DNA of 50,212 bases from a virus. Its lineage: Duplodnaviria > Caudoviricetes. The first letter of the stretch is position 1, and every line of letters starts with the position of its first letter. The stretch spans positions 1 through 50,212 of IMG/VR virus record IMGVR_UViG_3300048901_000333. One strand, given 5' to 3'. A model generated the notes under the pieces. That model did not search any database, was not told where the DNA came from, and was given only the letters and a program-made list of their open reading frames with translations. Of this stretch, positions 47,142 through 50,212 are shown one piece after another. A program made the position numbers and the translations under genes.

Positions 47142-47512
47142 CGGTTCAACTTGATCCCCCAGAGGAGCCACTCGAGCATCTCCTGGTAGCGGCCCGCGAA
47201 GTGCGAGTCGTACTGGCTCGCGAGGGGCCACTCGCGTACCACCTTGCCGTCGGGGACGAAGAGCGTCGTCTTCTCGGCGAGCTTCTCGGTGATGAACGTG
47301 AGGTCCGCGTCGGAGATCGCGCCCAAGGCCTTGGAGAGGCCGCCCGAGCTCACGAGCTGCTCGAGCGAGGCATTGTCGATTCCCTTCGCCGCCGCGGCCT
47401 CGAGGATGAGCGCCCAGGGGCGCGCCAGCCGCAGGAGGACGAGCTGCCCGGTGAGGCCGCCGAGCGGCTCCATGCCGTACCTGACGCCGCCGATGACCTT
47501 CTTCTCTTGCAT
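47027..47512 (-). CDS. Tail assembly chaperone
   Basis: Between tube and tape measure genes; HFAGRY...WL. Confidence 0.75.
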   Translation of the reverse strand: MQEKKVIGGVRYGMEPLGGLTGQLVLLRLARPWALILEAAAAKGIDNASLEQLVSSGGLSKALGAISDADLTFITEKLAEKTTLFVPDGKVVREWPLASQYDSHFAGRYQEMLEWLLWGIKLNRLFVRAPSRASEAAGASASESPTASTGGGGDSSSPAIA

Positions 47513-47537
47513 GCGCGGAACCTAGCCGCGCCGCACC

Positions 47538-47996
47538 TCAGCGGCCGCCGTCGACGCGCGTGGTGCCGAGGCAGATGATCGGCCAGACGTTCTCGCCGGG
47601 CTCGCCGTTGATCGCGAGCTTCGGGGGGCCGGCGACGATGCAGGCCATCGCCTCGAAGACGCTCGCCCCCTGCGTGTCCTTCGCGAGGAGCGTCCCGATG
47701 CCGTCGGTGCCGCCGCTCGAGACGGCCGTCTGGCGCATCGTCGATAGGACGCCGTTCGCCTCGCTCGTCGACATGACGTGCACGTGCACCATGGTGAGCG
47801 GCTCGTTCTTCGCGAAGATGACGGCGCTCCCGTCGATGCCCTTCTTCACGGCGAAGTCGTCGCCGTCCTGCTCGATCTCGAGGAACGCCCCTTCGGCCAT
47901 GCCCGTCTTGCCCGGCCCCTTCGTGATGGGGATGCCGAAGGCGACGAGGGCGATGTCGTTGACGTTCCAGACCTTGACGCTCGCGTCCGCGCCCAT
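47538..47996 (-). CDS. Tail tube protein (DUF3277-like)
   Basis: 152 aa after the sheath; GIDG, TSEAN..LS and W.I motifs. Confidence 0.8.
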   Translation of the reverse strand: MGADASVKVWNVNDIALVAFGIPITKGPGKTGMAEGAFLEIEQDGDDFAVKKGIDGSAVIFAKNEPLTMVHVHVMSTSEANGVLSTMRQTAVSSGGTDGIGTLLAKDTQGASVFEAMACIVAGPPKLAINGEPGENVWPIICLGTTRVDGGR

Positions 47997-48006
47997 CGAT
48001 TCCTCC

Positions 48007-49389
48007 TCACGCGCTCAGCGTGACTTCCACGTCGCTCACCGTGTTGATGCCCCCGGTGAGCGTGCCGGACGCGCTGAACCCGCTCAGGTTGCGGGCGTTC
48101 TTGTCCGTCTGCGAGACGTCCTCGATCTTCGGGACGTTGACGACGATCGAGTCGAGGACGATGCCCTCGTACGGCGCGGACGCCCCGATCACCATGCGCA
48201 CCTTGACGAGGTGGCCGACGGCCTCGAGGCTCGGCGTCGTGTAGGGCGCCTTCTTCAGGCCCGCGCGCCACGCGAAGATATCGATCTGCAGGTTCGCCTG
48301 GAGCCAGTCCTGGAAGATGATGAAGTCGAACCACTGCCCCGTCGGCGTGACGCCGGGCATCGTGAGGTTCGTGCCGCCGACGCGCTTGTACCAGTTGGCG
48401 TTCTTGCCGCCGGTCCCCGGGGTCGCCGTGGAGGCCGTGTTCAGAATGAGCTGCTGGGTCTCGGGCAGCGTGACGTCGTCGTCGGCGGGGACGCCGGCGA
48501 GCGAGCGCCAGGAGAGCTGGTAGGCGCCGGGGTTGTCCGCGAGGATGAGCCCGGCCATCGCGGCGCCGGCGTACGAGAGCAGCTTCCGCCCGTTGTGCTG
48601 GCAGTAGCACTTTTTGTAGCCGAGGATCTCGAGCCGGCTGAACACGTCGGTCGTGCTCGAGCCGTCGACGTTCGCGTGGTCGCTGTTGTCGTAGAAGGCG
48701 ATCTTGCCTCCGACGCCCGTGGCCTCGACCACCTGCTGAAGGGCGAGGATCTCCGCCTTGCTGTTCGAGTCGAGGCAGACGCCGTACCAGGCGTCGCCGT
48801 TCGCGGCCTTCACGGCGGCGAAGTCGGCGGCAATCCCGGGGTCGGTCGTCGCGTTCGTGACCTGCATCGTCGCCGGCGTCCACTCCTGCAGGTCGGTGAG
48901 CAGGCCCGCCGTCTGCGTGATCGTGAGCGTCGCGCTCGAGTGCGAGACGATGCCGATGTTCGACTCGGTGAGGAGCGCGGCGAAGGCGGCGCAGTCGGTC
49001 GCCGGCACGCCTGTCGAGGCCATCGTATGCGTGTGCGAGACGCCGTCGGAGCCCACGAGCGTGAGCGCGTACGGCGGATCGTTCGAGCTCGTCGACGCGA
49101 AGAGGACCTGGAGGACCTGCATGAAGGCGTTCGCGCGCCGGCCGATCGCGATCTGCGTCGGCACCTTGTCCTGCGAGACCATCGCCGCGACGAGGCGATA
49201 CGCCGGCTCCGTCGTGAGGAACCCGTCGGCGACCATGCCGTCGAGCGCCGCAGAGCCCGAGTAGACCCGCACGCGGTCGGTGAAGTGCGAGTGATAGACG
49301 AGGGCCATCGGCACGCCGAACCCCGGCCGGGTCACCGAGGGGGCAGCGCTGAGGCTGACGACGACTTTGACCAGGTCGGTGACGCTCAT
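48007..49389 (-). CDS. Tail sheath protein (DUF3383-like)
   Basis: GFGVPM, P..IAIGRR, WY, GQWFD...DWL and R.LSG. Confidence 0.85.
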   Translation of the reverse strand: MSVTDLVKVVVSLSAAPSVTRPGFGVPMALVYHSHFTDRVRVYSGSAALDGMVADGFLTTEPAYRLVAAMVSQDKVPTQIAIGRRANAFMQVLQVLFASTSSNDPPYALTLVGSDGVSHTHTMASTGVPATDCAAFAALLTESNIGIVSHSSATLTITQTAGLLTDLQEWTPATMQVTNATTDPGIAADFAAVKAANGDAWYGVCLDSNSKAEILALQQVVEATGVGGKIAFYDNSDHANVDGSSTTDVFSRLEILGYKKCYCQHNGRKLLSYAGAAMAGLILADNPGAYQLSWRSLAGVPADDDVTLPETQQLILNTASTATPGTGGKNANWYKRVGGTNLTMPGVTPTGQWFDFIIFQDWLQANLQIDIFAWRAGLKKAPYTTPSLEAVGHLVKVRMVIGASAPYEGIVLDSIVVNVPKIEDVSQTDKNARNLSGFSASGTLTGGINTVSDVEVTLSA

Positions 49390-49413
49390 GGCCCCCGGAA
49401 CGTAGACGTCGGG

Positions 49414-49869
49414 CTAGAGGGCGCTGGCGGCCGAGACGGCCGCCTGGAGCTCGCCGGTCGCGACGACGGGCAGGTTGCAGAAGTCGCACGCGCGCCGGAA
49501 GCCGAGGTAGTTCGACTGCGTGATCGGCGCCCACGCCGTCGGCAGCGACTTGAGCTTCTTCGCCTCGTCGACGACGTCCTCGAGGGGCGCGTTCCGCGCC
49601 ATGAAGTAGCCGAGGAGGAAGGCGGCGACGTTGGGCTCGACCCCGAGCTCCGTCTCGAGGCGGTCGCGCACGGCGCGGAGCGCGCGCTTCCGCTCCGTCG
49701 CCGGCGGCACGGGCGTGTCGGGCGACGGCTCCGGTGCCTTCGGCGCGGCGCCGCCCTGCGTCTCGTCCTTCGTGGACGGCGGCGGCGAGCTCGCGGGCGG
49801 CGCCTCCCCTGCGTTCGCACCCTCGGTCGCCGGCGCCGGCGGGGGCGCGCCCGTCTTGTTCTTGCTCAT
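49414..49869 (-). CDS. Hypothetical protein with a Pro-rich N-terminus
   Basis: ATGA overlap with the stop of the junction-spanning gene. Confidence 0.65.
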   Translation of the reverse strand: MSKNKTGAPPPAPATEGANAGEAPPASSPPPSTKDETQGGAAPKAPEPSPDTPVPPATERKRALRAVRDRLETELGVEPNVAAFLLGYFMARNAPLEDVVDEAKKLKSLPTAWAPITQSNYLGFRRACDFCNLPVVATGELQAAVSAASAL

Positions 49870-50212
49870 GCCGCCGAACGTAGCGGCGCCGCGACGTCGT
49901 TCGCGGGGCGCCGCCGGCGACGGAGGAAAGCGGCGCCGGCGAGGAGGCCGAGCGCGCCCCAGGTCTGCATGTCCTCGCGCGTGACGCCGCGCGCGACGGT
50001 GAAGGGCGTGTTGTAGCGGTTGTGCGCGTAGTGCTCATGCCGCCGAACGTAGCGGCGCCGCGACGTCGTTCGCGGGGCGCCGCCGGCGACGGAGGAAAGC
50101 GGCGCCGGCGAGGAGGCCGAGCGCGCCCCAGGTCTGCATGTCCTCGCGCGTGACGCCGCGCGCGACGGTGAAGGGCGTGTTGTAGCGGTTGTGCGCGTAG
50201 TGCTCATGCCGC
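49863..50212. repeat. 169-bp tandem duplication (two copies plus 12 bp) at the contig end
   Basis: 49863-50031 = 50032-50200; 50201-50212 begins a third copy. Confidence 0.9.

Overview
The window looks like a complete, circularly permuted genome of a very GC-rich contractile-tailed phage. Positions 1-120 recur exactly at 49912-50031, giving a unit length of about 49,911 bp, and one gene reads through that junction. No host chromosome, rRNA, tRNA or CRISPR array is visible. The minus strand carries terminase, head, neck, fibre, sheath, tube, tape-measure, baseplate and lysis genes, with the portal-gp7 block inverted onto the plus strand. The centre holds a plasmid-like module: ParA plus an RHH partner and an 8-bp repeat array, a serine resolvase with res-like sites, a XerC-like recombinase with a dif-like site, and a Rep-like protein. 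A plus-strand early operon includes Sak4-like ATPase and Cas4-like exonuclease genes. CdbA-like proteins, Cys-rich DAG lipoproteins and a MYXO-CTERM-like tail suggest a Myxococcota host, so this is probably a myxobacterial phage-plasmid (inference). The most unusual signal is a candidate late-transcription system. A -10-like motif CTA(G/C)NNT, mostly CTAGNTT, sits 6-10 nt before 13 start codons (12 nt before a 14th) with no SD in the spacer and no visible -35, and is bidirectional at two sites. The genome also encodes a sigma region-2-only protein fused to a D5-like winged helix and a separate Zn-finger/sigma region-4-only protein. All family assignments come from reading motifs by eye; no database search was run.
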